Source: Chloropicon primus (Eukaryota). Taken from it: a stretch of DNA of 64,000 bases. The notes beneath the pieces were generated by a model. That model searched no databases. It was not told the DNA's origin and was given only the letters and a program-made list of their open reading frames with translations. Within the stretch, counting starts at the first letter, position 1, and every line of letters begins with the position of its first letter. Below, piece by piece: positions 35,901-45,938 of this stretch. The position numbers and the translations under genes were made by a program. The DNA is taken from assembly GCA_023205875.1 (NCBI GenBank), contig CP060768.1, positions 248,001 through 312,000 on the forward strand, written 5' to 3'.

Positions 35901-37468
35901 GCCTCGTGCTGCTGCAGTGCATACTGGAGGAGATCGAGCCCTCAGTAATCATGAAGACCTTGATCGAGGACACTCTCCACAAGGACATCCAGCAGCCAAG
36001 CATTCTGTTTCAGATGCTGTTGCTGCCGTATCCAGATTTGTCGGTCCTCTCCAACACCGCAAGGCTCTTGGTTGAAGGCTCGAAGGTCGGGGGTGGGATC
36101 GAGTACATGCAGGAGACGTTGCTGCCCAATTTGGAGCCGATCTTTTATGTCAGCGAGGATTCCACGCCAGAGTACGTCACCTCCATCTCGTACTTGTACA
36201 AACTGCTGTGCCGCGAAATTGGCGAGGAGGGCGTTCGCTTGGCCACGAGGGAGTGGCCTTCGACGGACAGCGTGAGGGCTCAGGACACCGCGAGCGTGGA
36301 ATTGAGCATGAAGGCCGTGCTGCTGAGCAACTACGAGGAGGCGAGACCTCCGTGGGCAGGGGAAGGGCTGAGGAAGAAAAAATTGTCGTATGGGTGGCTA
36401 AGGAAGAGCCAGGACAGGCCTGTCCTGCCGTTCAATCCGTTGATGCCAGAAGGCATCAAGATTGCCCCGGAAAGTTACATGACCTCTCTGGACGACAAGT
36501 TTGAGCAAGGGTTCAAGTGCATTCACCAATTCAAGCCCTCCGTCTCCAAAGTGAGGTTCATGGTGGGCGAAGAGATGGGGCAGCTGGTGCTGGCTGCTGG
36601 TTCAGCGAGCTCATCCTCCAGTTCCCCCGTGATCAGGGCTTGGAATTTCGAGGAGGAAACGGTGGAGCGCATCTATGTGAACCACACGTCGACGATCTCC
36701 GGCATGTCCTCGCTTTGGAACGGGAAAGTCGTCGCGTCGTGCGAGGTGTCCGGGCTGCTCCACATCTGGGAGCCGCACACGGAGGCTGAGATGGTGTACA
36801 ACTACGGCGACGCTGGGGAGAGGGCATCTGACGTGGTGAGGGAGGGCGGATGCACCTGCATGGCGACTCACGAGGAGTGCATCATCATGGGGACAGGGGC
36901 GGGAACCCTGGTGTCCTTCGACGCGAACGCCCAGAGGCCCTACGGCTCATGGCGGGCTACGCCACACGCAGAGAACGGTTCGATACAGTGCGTGGCGTCC
37001 GATCACGCCGGCCAGCTGTGCGCGGGATTCTCTAACGGCAGGGCCTCGCTCCTGGACCCTCGCTCGGGCGAGGTGACCTGCCACTTTGAGGCAATGCAGG
37101 GGGGAGCGCCCATCCAGTGTCTTCGCTTCGTTGACCCCCACCTTCTCTGCGCGGGTGGGAGGGATGCCATCAAGATTTTCGACATCAGAAAGGTCTCGGA
37201 GGGCTTCCGGACAGCGACGTCCCGCAAGGGGGGCGCGCCCACGGGCATCTACCCCGTCGGCCGGAAAGTTTTGGTCAGCTGGGGGCCAAGGCTCCAGGTC
37301 GTGGACCCCACGAGCCCTGAACCGGAGTTCAACCCCAAGCCTTTCAAGCTGAAGAACAGGAATGGCGTCAAGGAGAACAGCACCATTTCTGGCGTGAGCC
37401 TCCTGGGCCTGTCCCACTCCATCATCGTGGGAAACGAGAACGCCATTTTGTTCTACTCTGTGAACTAA
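32984..37468 (+). CDS. BEACH + WD40 protein, WDR81/GFS12-like
   Basis: Kinase-like remnant (QIAQLVKFCHNSGVTFGDL), BEACH W.EG.LSNFDYLMKLN..CGR...YPVLPWV...WRDLSKTKWRLAKGD.QLD...WTPDEAIPDFY...HHWIDLNFGY, C-terminal WD40 repeats. Confidence 0.9.
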   Translation: MVMVAESIRQSVLETLVRQHCGETLEVLYYVTPACSRGSDRGEEACVCRVTASRGAGTSGRVDAPTTANVILRLHRGASLSGSCGTSAVEVQGSGGEAKLEGDSLAGGENGESSTKLWDFLEELRVGNAGGDLIELDDDGGSGKSTFRAREVEYLPFTDASIRDVLRGYEKATFESFNRGAGRGAAHDEEKPSYYLHPNILTPMAFFSAGSSVLSIYPSAGKNLSSVLKYSTKGFLSTATLSLVVYQIAQLVKFCHNSGVTFGDLSASKLFMNDDALIFALVDYHKIVKPAGGKGDVGVGQGGQGAASDEEATGSFDSTEVVQSLSQAFVAWREGALSNFDYLMKLNAACGRERGNLAFYPVLPWVITMASDPSSEGSCETGLDRNDDRDGTSKGRGEGEEGGSGAWRDLSKTKWRLAKGDLQLDMTYISSDPPHHVSDEALSELTICVYLARRLQKKVLTDVVRAVFEPREYPSSMARMYSWTPDEAIPDFYDNPEIFSSIHREMADLQVPGWASSPEEFVRKHRAALESPRVSEVLHHWIDLNFGYAMYGEAAIRNKNVHLPHRDTCFPRNRGRYQMFTESHPPRFPSPRKELAFNLVINQERVQRFVASQFSFCKKQGSEHQESRLSDIFFLCQAAFALFSTRKRDILHADAGYCCGGKKDIGVSEVTEHLFPHSLQKYVSGLLSTSAAFAMDQVILCPSFESHTKDVYDLMTYVNDPSIDLHSKLKLTQKALRRVQFAGSVDRGVYVIIFRVVLNMLHLPDGGFALEPSEKERPSEEMGRDLMTILEVLLRELPKATSSGFLIPFVVNAFQGAAPTHNLSGKRHLGLNLSELLLKPSFIRRLLHVLGANTFFKSIFPKILEFVTQKMETRSVQLVSDVLISLVDYVPLPVTVKQVLDPILNLLYYDACFMQLALNVSKHLGGSFIRFQLYPRLVEIVKKVVLATGKSQRARRQRMFRPTTQISEHLSYSLVLLQCILEEIEPSVIMKTLIEDTLHKDIQQPSILFQMLLLPYPDLSVLSNTARLLVEGSKVGGGIEYMQETLLPNLEPIFYVSEDSTPEYVTSISYLYKLLCREIGEEGVRLATREWPSTDSVRAQDTASVELSMKAVLLSNYEEARPPWAGEGLRKKKLSYGWLRKSQDRPVLPFNPLMPEGIKIAPESYMTSLDDKFEQGFKCIHQFKPSVSKVRFMVGEEMGQLVLAAGSASSSSSSPVIRAWNFEEETVERIYVNHTSTISGMSSLWNGKVVASCEVSGLLHIWEPHTEAEMVYNYGDAGERASDVVREGGCTCMATHEECIIMGTGAGTLVSFDANAQRPYGSWRATPHAENGSIQCVASDHAGQLCAGFSNGRASLLDPRSGEVTCHFEAMQGGAPIQCLRFVDPHLLCAGGRDAIKIFDIRKVSEGFRTATSRKGGAPTGIYPVGRKVLVSWGPRLQVVDPTSPEPEFNPKPFKLKNRNGVKENSTISGVSLLGLSHSIIVGNENAILFYSVN

Positions 37469-38072
37469 CCCCTGTGAACTAGGATTAATAAAATTAATTG
37501 TACTACGTATCATCCTATCTTGTAGCCTAGTGGAACTGTAGGAAAAGAAAAGAGAGATAGGGCGGAGAGGAGGGAGAGGAGGGGGGGAGATCGAAGACAT
37601 TGCAAAGTCATTACTGGTTGTGCCCCCCCCCCCCCCACACACACACACACAATCGTTACTGGTGCACACCCAGCAAGCACCTCTTGCAGTGAACAAAAGT
37701 CATTGATCATCACTGATCATGCCAAGGGGGAGAGGAGGAGGGGATGGTGATAGTGGTGATGATGATGGGTGATGATGGCGGGGAAGGAGGGGGACGGTGG
37801 GAGGTCGAAGGACAATGGATTTATGCTCCTCTCCCTCTTACCAAAGAACTCTCGCTTGATGGGGTAACCGGGAAAGAAGGTCCTTGAAGAAATTTCGGCC
37901 AGGCCCCACAAAGTCCAAGAAAAACTTCAAATTATTTTAGCCACCGCGAGAGAGAGAGAGAGGAAGTGGTGGGGGTTTGGAGAGAGGGAGAGGGAGAGAG
38001 AGATAGGGAGAGAGAGGAAGAGGAAGAGGGAGGAAACTGATTGGTTGGGTGAATTGAGTTGAGGCGGACAGC

Positions 38073-39566
38073 ATGAGCGAGGGAGAAGGAAGGACTCCGA
38101 AGGGTCTCGTGCACCGGCGGGCTCTGAAGCAGGCCATAGCGGAGACCACACATATGGAACACGAGAGGGAGCACCTGTTTGATGAGCTGGAAGCCCAAGG
38201 GCTGAACCTTCAGGGTGTGGTAGAAATGCGTAACAGGGTGCCTGAGCTTTGTCAGAAACTCGGGTGCAGCGTTGAGATGGGGGAAAAGCTTCACCACTAT
38301 TGTTGTCAGGAATACTCGAGAGTCTTGAAAGTGGAGGGCGACGAGAGGGCTTGCGTGGCGCCGACGATAAGCTATATCAAGTGGAGCAACAGCAGCAGCG
38401 TGAAGCAGCAGCAGCAAGACAATGGCAAGACTTCCAAGCTGAGTGGCATTCCAAAGATGCAGTCTTTGGGCAACACACCGGTGGTAGTGTCTCGGCCGGA
38501 GAGGGAGGGGGAAGGAGGCAAGGAGGAGGAGTCAGAGCCCACGACGGCAAGCTCCGTGAAAGCAAAGTTTGAGGTGACAGACGAGACGGTGTCTGTGGAA
38601 TTGAACCCGGGGCAGCCTCTGGTTCCGAGCCCGGAATGGCGGGCAGGCGGGGCGCCTTGCCTGAACACGACGGCGAACTTCAACAAACGCGAGGAAAAGA
38701 GAAGGGAGCAACTTGAGCTCGAGTTGTCCGAGGCCTCGAAGAGAGCGGAGGAGGAGAAGCAAAGGAAAGAGAGGCTGTTCAAGCTCGCCTTGCGGGGTCC
38801 CAAGGCGAAGAGGCCGGCCTCCGCGTCACCGAAATTCAGCGTGGGCCCCCACAAGCTTCAGATCGACGTCGCGATGGAAGCGAGGGCAGAAAGAAAGACG
38901 GAGCTCATGGTCCAAGAGGAGATGGAGGCGAAGAGAAGGCAAAAAGAGGAGAGGCAAAGGAAGGCAAAGCTGAAGCAGATGGCGCTGAAGGGGCCAGCCG
39001 TCCCCCCGAGGCCGCAGAGGCCAAAATCGGCGACTTCTCCGCCCAATCCGACTGCGTACGCCGACTGCCCTTCGCCCAATCGCTACGTTCCATCCACTTC
39101 GAGCTTCAAGCCGTTCCTGTGCAACTCGAGCGAGAGGGCCAAGCAGAGGGCCAAGTTCGAGGAGTACCTCAAGGAGAAGGAAAGCATCGAGGCTGCTCGC
39201 GAGAGGGAGATGAGGGTGCTCGAAGAAAAGGAGGCGGAAAGGAAGGTGAAAGAGCTCAGGAAGAGCATGGAGTTCAAAGCGAACCGTAAGCCAGACTTTG
39301 AGAAGGTCAAGTTCTCGCCGAAGAATCTTCACTACAATGAGCCAAAGGAGCCTGGGCAGGTCAGCTTGAGGGAACACGTGAGGGAGAGAGAGGCCGCAAA
39401 GGTGGCGAAGAAAGAAGAGGAGAGGATTTTGGAGGAGGAACGGGCAGCTCAAGAATACAAGGATCTGAGAAAGAGCATGAGCAGCTTCAAGGCTAGAAAA
39501 ATGCCAAACTTTGGCAAGAAACCTTTCAGCCCAGTCCTTAACCGAGGCAAGAAGGGCTCGCCTTGA
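38073..39566 (+). CDS. TPX2/WVD2-like microtubule-associated protein
   Basis: KPF.CNSSERAKQRAKFEEYLKEKE...KELRKSMEFKANRKPDF and a second LRKSMSSFKARKMPNF copy match the TPX2 C-terminal motif. Confidence 0.72.
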   Translation: MSEGEGRTPKGLVHRRALKQAIAETTHMEHEREHLFDELEAQGLNLQGVVEMRNRVPELCQKLGCSVEMGEKLHHYCCQEYSRVLKVEGDERACVAPTISYIKWSNSSSVKQQQQDNGKTSKLSGIPKMQSLGNTPVVVSRPEREGEGGKEEESEPTTASSVKAKFEVTDETVSVELNPGQPLVPSPEWRAGGAPCLNTTANFNKREEKRREQLELELSEASKRAEEEKQRKERLFKLALRGPKAKRPASASPKFSVGPHKLQIDVAMEARAERKTELMVQEEMEAKRRQKEERQRKAKLKQMALKGPAVPPRPQRPKSATSPPNPTAYADCPSPNRYVPSTSSFKPFLCNSSERAKQRAKFEEYLKEKESIEAAREREMRVLEEKEAERKVKELRKSMEFKANRKPDFEKVKFSPKNLHYNEPKEPGQVSLREHVREREAAKVAKKEEERILEEERAAQEYKDLRKSMSSFKARKMPNFGKKPFSPVLNRGKKGSP

Positions 39567-39674
39567 AGGCAATGACTGCGAACAGATGAAAAGCATATCA
39601 ATTTTCTTCCGGTCCCGGATGACGCCTTGCGGTTTGGGCCTATCATGATCACTATCAATCAAAAAAAGGAATAT

Positions 39675-41828
39675 TTATAATACAGGGCTCTGCAAGGCGA
39701 GTATGATTTCAGACAATACTTTACAAGATTCCTCCCACGCCCCCAACCCTTTCGTTCTGCTGTACGTTCGAAGGTTGTGCCTCAGCCCATGGGAGCCTCC
39801 CGCGCTGTTGTTCTGGTAGGCATCCCAAGACCCGTGATTCATCAGTAGCTGGACAAAGACTTGCCACAAACCTATCACCGTTTCCATGTAAGCGGAATGG
39901 GGAGTCGAGAACGACAATGTCGATGGGTGCGCTTTCTGCATGTTCACCGACCTGAGGAGATCCGTCTCGAGAAGGGTGATGGCGTGCGGCACGAACATTG
40001 GCCACCACACCTCTGAGCCCCCGAGGGAGGACACTATCGTTTCAGCGAACCGCCTTTGCTCCATTACAGCAGCCCCCGTCTCTGCTTCGGTGTCGTTCCC
40101 CCGAGAAACGTTCACGAAGGGGCAGGAAGAAGCAAGGCCGTGTCCCTGGTCCGGCACGAGAGAATACAGTTTCGCTGCTTCGTCCTCAGAGACCGCGGCT
40201 TGCAAAATTCGTGGAAAGCTTGGTGGCAGCAGCCCAACATCGTTGGCCGTCGCGATCAGGCTTCTCCTGCTATCCGAGATGCTCTGGGCGATTCGAAGCC
40301 CCACGTGCGCAGAGCTGACTGTGTAGACCAGGCAAGTGTGGTCCTTGTTGATGTCAAACCGAGCGGTTTCAAGTCTGTGCGGTTTCGACACAACGTTGAA
40401 CAGAAAGCATTGCAGGGAAAAACTTCCCAGCAGGAGTGCGTTCCCAAATTCTGCGATGCGAACCTTGCTAGCGTCAAGACCCTCCCCTTGAGTGAAGAAG
40501 AGAAGCGATATGTCAGCCTTCGATTCCTCGATTCTCCTGACCGTGCTCACCCCATCATCTGCAAAGTGGCAGTGATCCACAATCTCGCTGTAATCGGGTG
40601 ACAAGTTCTCCCGAGGATGCGTCACGAGGTAGATTATCTGGGAGGGCAAGGGCAAGGAACCCTTGCCCCGGTCCAGCATCCTCAGGGACAGCCTTCCACA
40701 CAGGTGCCTGCTTTCCTCGGCGCCGTCATGCCCCCCTGTTGTTGAGATCCTGATCCACCGCTTGGGAACAAGGGGCCACGGCAAGTGCGGAACTTGCCCC
40801 AAAGTCTCGTTCGAAGTGCTTTCAAGGAACGCCTCCAGCTCCAAGTTCAAAGGCATGCGATCCAGCATGTACGAGACGTCGCTTGTCCTTTGCCCAGGTT
40901 GTTTTGGTTCCCTGGAGCCAAGGCGGGCCTCATAGGCCCGGTCACCGTCCCTCGATGCCCTGGCCACGGCGTGAACGTACACAGGGGGGTTCGAGATCCT
41001 CCACCTCGGCTCTGAGCCCGACCCTTTCGTCACCAAATTGCGCCCGCTCGTGGCCTCCTCGACCACGAGGCGTCCCTCAGAGTCGCGGGTCTCTCCCGTG
41101 CTTTGGCTGATGGCCCACGAAGCGACCAAACCCTCGTTCCTCTTGCTCTCCTCCGCTTCGCAGGGCTGCGGTGCAGGACTCGCGCTCGAGAAGGTGACCA
41201 TGTCCCTCGCGAGCTGCGAAGCAGTCCTGGCGGAGCTCCAGAGGTGGACCCCAGCGATCTGCCCGTGCATCCTCAGCTGCGGAAAGTCTGGAGACCCTCC
41301 GACCAGTACTCCTTCGCCCCAAGTGCCTGTCGAGAGGGACCTGTGAGAGAGTGGCACGACCTCCCCTGGCTGGGCATCCACGAAGACTTGTATGGTCCCG
41401 TTGCTGAAGACTCCGCTGACGTAGTGCCACGCCTTGGGCAGCTGGAGACTCCTGTTGGATATGGTCCTGAGCTGTCCCCCGGTGAAAAGGCCGAAGCACG
41501 CTTTCTCCCCCTCGTCCAGGAACAGAGCCCACCCATTCTCCCTGTTTGCCGTGCCTGCGACCCAGTTGTACCGCTTGTGCCTGTCCACCTTGACCCAAGC
41601 TGATACCGTGGCAGCGTTGAGGTCCTCGGGCGCCTCGAGCGCACCGGATCCAAAGTAAGTCCTGGAAGCCTTTTCGCCGTCAAAGTGCAAGGATCTTTGG
41701 GGGGAGAGGAGACTGACGCCGCCATCCGCCACGTGGTTCTGCTCGGAGCCCGAGACGACGACGCCAGCAAGGGCCACCAGCAGCACCACCAGAGACCTCC
41801 TCAGCAGCATCATAAACACAGTTCTCAT
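39675..41828 (-). CDS. Secretory-pathway protein with N-terminal LamG/pentraxin-like (ConA-fold) domain
   Basis: Signal peptide or anchor LVVLLVALAGVVV; SLHFDG, TVSAWVK, WHYVSGVF...VFVDA, GQIAGVHLWSSART. C-terminal half unassigned. Confidence 0.75.
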   Translation of the reverse strand: MRTVFMMLLRRSLVVLLVALAGVVVSGSEQNHVADGGVSLLSPQRSLHFDGEKASRTYFGSGALEAPEDLNAATVSAWVKVDRHKRYNWVAGTANRENGWALFLDEGEKACFGLFTGGQLRTISNRSLQLPKAWHYVSGVFSNGTIQVFVDAQPGEVVPLSHRSLSTGTWGEGVLVGGSPDFPQLRMHGQIAGVHLWSSARTASQLARDMVTFSSASPAPQPCEAEESKRNEGLVASWAISQSTGETRDSEGRLVVEEATSGRNLVTKGSGSEPRWRISNPPVYVHAVARASRDGDRAYEARLGSREPKQPGQRTSDVSYMLDRMPLNLELEAFLESTSNETLGQVPHLPWPLVPKRWIRISTTGGHDGAEESRHLCGRLSLRMLDRGKGSLPLPSQIIYLVTHPRENLSPDYSEIVDHCHFADDGVSTVRRIEESKADISLLFFTQGEGLDASKVRIAEFGNALLLGSFSLQCFLFNVVSKPHRLETARFDINKDHTCLVYTVSSAHVGLRIAQSISDSRRSLIATANDVGLLPPSFPRILQAAVSEDEAAKLYSLVPDQGHGLASSCPFVNVSRGNDTEAETGAAVMEQRRFAETIVSSLGGSEVWWPMFVPHAITLLETDLLRSVNMQKAHPSTLSFSTPHSAYMETVIGLWQVFVQLLMNHGSWDAYQNNSAGGSHGLRHNLRTYSRTKGLGAWEESCKVLSEIILALQSPVL

Positions 41829-42389
41829 CGGTTCATTGCCGCGCGAGTCCCCGTGCTTTGGTCAGGACCGGCCATGCGAGTGACCGCTTTCCCCTCAAGG
41901 CAGTTTGACGAGACCATGGTCCACCCCGATGCTCTGAGTACACCAGTCACACCAACCCAGGCCTCCAATATACTCAAGCAGTTGCCCCTATTCAAGTTAT
42001 GGGATCAAAAGGCACTTCACGCGCGTGACACAAAGGGAAGAAGAGAGAGAGAGAGAGAGAGAGATTGAAATTGAGAAATTGTCAGTATGATCGCGTCCCT
42101 CGGTCGTCACTCACTTGGCTTGGGTCCAGTCGGTCCTAAATCCAGTGGTACCGACGATAATCCTTGTGGCCTTGGGATCAGTCCCATAACTTCCTCCCCC
42201 TGGCACCATTTTGTTTCATCGAGGGGTCAAACGAAAGATCACGAGACGATGCATTGCATCCCATTCCCCCCTTCCTTCCCCTTTCCACACACACAAACAC
42301 ACACACACACACATACACACCTCGCGCCCTTGCTGTGGTCTAATCCTCATCCAATCTTGTCCATGGGATCCCTTCCCCCCGTAAAAGTA

Positions 42390-42414
42390 AAACCCTAAAA
42401 ATGGTTTAGGGTTT
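42390..42414. promoter_or_regulatory. Inverted pair of telo-boxes (AAACCCTA)
   Basis: aaaccctaaa-aatgg-tttagggttt, a perfect 10-bp inverted repeat about 100 bp upstream of the RRM gene ATG. Confidence 0.65.
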
Positions 42415-42516
42415 CCGTGTTTCCTTCTCTCGCGGAAAGGCGGCTGAGAGCGCCAAAGCGGAAGGAGCAGCCGCGCTTGAGCAAGAGAAGAGAAGAGAAG
42501 AGAAGAGAGAGAGATC

Positions 42517-43414
42517 ATGGACGCACCACCACAAGACGAGCAAGTCGGGCAGGAAGTTCCACCAGCGGAAGAGAATGTTCCTGCGACGGAAGGCGAAGAG
42601 GTGCCAGCGGAAGGGGCACCAGCGGGTGACGAAGGGGCACCTGTAACTGACGATGCGGCACCACCGCCAGAGATCAAGGCTTTCATTGGTGGCTTGGCGT
42701 GGGAAGTGACCGACGAGACGCTTGGAGATGAATTCAACAAGTACAACATCATCAGTGCCAAGGTGGCGACGGACCGCTTCAGCGGACGCTCCAGGTAAGC
42801 GAAGAGTCGCCTTGTCCGTGTCCGCGTTTGCATGCATGCGTTTTCTTGCAATGCAAAACCTCTCCCCATTGGAGTTCCACTCGCTGACCTTTTCATGCGT
42901 TACGTCACGCCACGTTACGTTTTATCTTTTTCACTCTTCTCTCTCTCTCTCTGTCCAGGGGTTTCGGTTTCGTTGTGTTCGAGACCGAGGACGGAAGGCA
43001 GGACGCCATCAACGACTTGCATGATAAGGAGGTCTGGGGCAGGCGCATTACGGTTGCACCTGCAGTGCCAAGGGACAGAAACGGAGGTGGAAGAGACAGA
43101 AGAGGCGGCGGTGGACGCGGTGGATACAGAGGAGGCGGCGGTGGAAGGTTCGGAGGTGGCCGTGATGGATACAGAGGCGGTGGTGGCGGATACAGAGGCG
43201 GTGGTGGCGGGTACGGAGACAGACCACCAAGAAGATACGACGATGACAGAGGGGGAAGATCTTATGATGAGAGGTAAGTCGCAGAGCAAGAGTCTTTTTC
43301 ACTCTTTTGTGTGTGTGTGTGTGTGTGTGTTTGTGTGTGCTAACTCCTTCCGTGTTTTCTCCGCGCAGACCACCATCGAGGTATAGAGACAGGAGCCCTC
43401 AGGGCAGGTACTAA
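42517..43414 (+). CDS. Glycine-rich RNA-binding protein (RRM + RGG/GY tail); exons 42517-42794, 42959-43273, 43369-43414
   Basis: RNP2 AFIGGL; RNP1 RGFGFVVF formed across the first splice; DRFSGRSR loop; GGGGYRGGGG repeats; ends RSPQGRY*. Confidence 0.92.
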
Positions 43415-43581
43415 GGTACAAAGTGGAAGAAGGCACTAAGAGGCCAACCCTTTTCCCCCCGCCGCTGTGCTTGAAAGAGACTCGGTTGGCACAAGTGGTA
43501 ATTAAAATATAATGGGATGACCTTAGTCAGCATTATCGACACAGAAAGGAGAGATGCTCCATGGGCTGATCAACTACTTCA

Positions 43582-44940
43582 TCATGACTCTTTAGCTTTT
43601 CCTGTGGACTCATCAGCTCCGGCCCAAAGGAGCAAGTTCGTCAAGGGAAAGACCAGTGCGCAGAGAGTGTAGACCCGAAGCGGGTCTTGAAACAATTGCA
43701 GACAGGTGAAGCAGACGAAGCCAATGGCAGCCGTGTCGACTGCAAGTGAATGAGCTGTGGGCGCATTGTGATGCAAGTCCGCCAGTGGGGTCACAAGAAC
43801 CGTGACCTGCAACAGGACGACGAACCAGATCCAAGCAAATGGTGTCGAGACCCCGCAGCCCGTGCCAAAGAGCATGTACGTGTACGTGCTGTGGTGAAGC
43901 TTCTCTTCCACGTTGTTTAAGGCTCGTGCGAAGAGCTCCAAGGTTTTGACGAGGTCCCTCTGTTTCTCCACCTTGATATCGCGCGAGATCGGCTCATTGA
44001 AGGAAACCTCGATGGCGTCGACATTGTACTTTCTGAACTCCGGGTGGTCCGTGGCGCTCGCCATCCAGTGACGCCGGTAGAAAGTCGCCAAGCAGGAAAA
44101 GGATCGCCAGTAGGCCTCCAGGGACTCTGGAGCCTTGCACTGACCTCTGCCGTCTTCGCAACTTTCCATGCCCTTCAGGGCCAGGGACAAAGAACCCAAG
44201 CTCTCTTGTATGACCCTGAACGTTGTGACGAGATCGAGGTTTGGCAAGATTCCCGTGCCGCTGTTGATGCTCATCATCAAGTCTGCACCGCTCTCTCCGC
44301 TTTTGTCCGAGCTCAATACCACGGCAGCGGCTATGTTGCCTTCCACGGGAACGACGCTTTCTGGTCTCCAGCTCGGGTCGCTTGATCCAGAGTAGTGGTA
44401 GGCCTCGAGCCAGGCGTTCAGCGTGGCGGACGGCTCGCACGATTCTGACTTGCTCACGTGAACGAAGATCATGTCTCTCGAAAGCCAGCGAGACTCTTTC
44501 AGCAGCAGCATCAGGTCCAAAGATACCGGGAGCATCTCACTGTCCACGAACCACAACATGTTTTGTTTCTGGGGGTTGCTTTTCGCTCTCAACAGCGTTG
44601 AAGTGATCTCGCAGGGGCTGCCGCTCGAGCTGTTGCTCGCAAAATCCGACCACGACGACGGCGACGACGACGAAGAAGAAGAAGGTAAGCCGCGGTCGCC
44701 AAGAATTTTCTGAACCCCAGCTGGTTCTTTCCACGTCGGTTTGTGATCTTCCCGTATCCGAAGCTCGGACGAGTGCGCGGGCGTCGGATCGGACAGCAGA
44801 GGCAGCAAAGCGTTCTCATCCAACCGAACGCTGAGTTTGAAGAAAGGCATCGCGAGAAGACCGGACATTCCCACGAGCCACATCACCGCCGCGGCCAACT
44901 TGACAACGCGAAACCACCTTCCACCCTTCGTCATCGTCAT
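43582..44940 (-). CDS. GAA1: GPI transamidase subunit GAA1-like
   Basis: N-terminal TM then DENALLP, WLSRDMIF, WLEAYH, GILPNLDL, RALNNVEEKLHHS, followed by TM segments. Confidence 0.85.
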   Translation of the reverse strand: MTMTKGGRWFRVVKLAAAVMWLVGMSGLLAMPFFKLSVRLDENALLPLLSDPTPAHSSELRIREDHKPTWKEPAGVQKILGDRGLPSSSSSSSPSSWSDFASNSSSGSPCEITSTLLRAKSNPQKQNMLWFVDSEMLPVSLDLMLLLKESRWLSRDMIFVHVSKSESCEPSATLNAWLEAYHYSGSSDPSWRPESVVPVEGNIAAAVVLSSDKSGESGADLMMSINSGTGILPNLDLVTTFRVIQESLGSLSLALKGMESCEDGRGQCKAPESLEAYWRSFSCLATFYRRHWMASATDHPEFRKYNVDAIEVSFNEPISRDIKVEKQRDLVKTLELFARALNNVEEKLHHSTYTYMLFGTGCGVSTPFAWIWFVVLLQVTVLVTPLADLHHNAPTAHSLAVDTAAIGFVCFTCLQLFQDPLRVYTLCALVFPLTNLLLWAGADESTGKAKES

Positions 44941-45579
44941 CGCCAAACCGAACCAATGATGATGTGGCGGAAGGACAGGAGGACACTGTTCCTTCTGGCT
45001 GGTTTGGATGCAGCTGGGTCACCGATGGAAAATCACCCGCCTCTGCATTTGACCGGGTTCCTCGACCTTATCCCCCCTCCGAAGCCGCCGTGAGACAGCC
45101 ATATACCCCGCTCCCCCTTGGCGTTCGGCACCCTGTCGCTTGTTCTCGCTCTCCCGTTCCTCGAGTCCTCACCAGTGCGCTATCCGCTTCGATCGACGGC
45201 TCAAACAAAAGATATGAACACACTGATTCCGAAACCACTTGCCTCCCTACTCGCAAGCGTCGTCCTCTCTGTCCACCTCGTCGGCAAACTCGCCTCAATC
45301 TGTGCTCCTCCAGAGGTATGGTTCGCGTGTCAGTTCGTGTCCGCAGATCCTCAACAGTGCACCAAAACTTTCAAGCGAGTGGTCGTTCGAAAGATCGTGA
45401 CATGAATATTCCGTCCATTAGGCTCTCCTCCGACCCACCAGTCTCACCCTTCCTCCCTCTCGTCTCGAACTCACCGCCTTCCTTCGTTCCGGTTTCGCCC
45501 CCGACCGTTAATTTCTCCCCAGGATTTGATTTTTCGTTTTCCCCAAAAGTCTGCAACCCTGAGAACTGGAGAACTGGAG

Positions 45580-45895
45580 GGGATTGGCTTTGACTGGCAG
45601 CAAGGTCGAGCCTTTGGCGCGCTTGGGATCCGTTTCTCGTCGCGAGGACAACGCCATCGAACAGAACACGAACTCATTCAACCATCCACCGATTGGTGTT
45701 CTTCTGTTCTAGCACGACCAAGCGGTGCATTGGGATTGATTGACTGAGGTGAGCAAGAGGGAGACTGGCAGCAAGGTCGAGCCTTTGGCGTCCTTGGGGA
45801 GTACGTTTGTCGACGCGAGAACGACGTCATCAATCCATCCTGACCCGCTGTACCGTGCTCCCAGAAGTTTTTCATGGACTGGCTGAGGTGAGCAG
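45580..45895. repeat. Degenerate tandem duplication, 170-bp offset at the conserved core
   Basis: 28-bp identical gactggcagcaaggtcgagcctttggcg at 45592 and 45762, with diverged similarity for about 40 bp further. ctgaggtgagca occurs at 45744 and 45883. Confidence 0.85.
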
Positions 45896-45938
45896 GGGAA
45901 GCAGAAGGTTGTGCCATAGAACAAGCCTCTGCGGGAGC

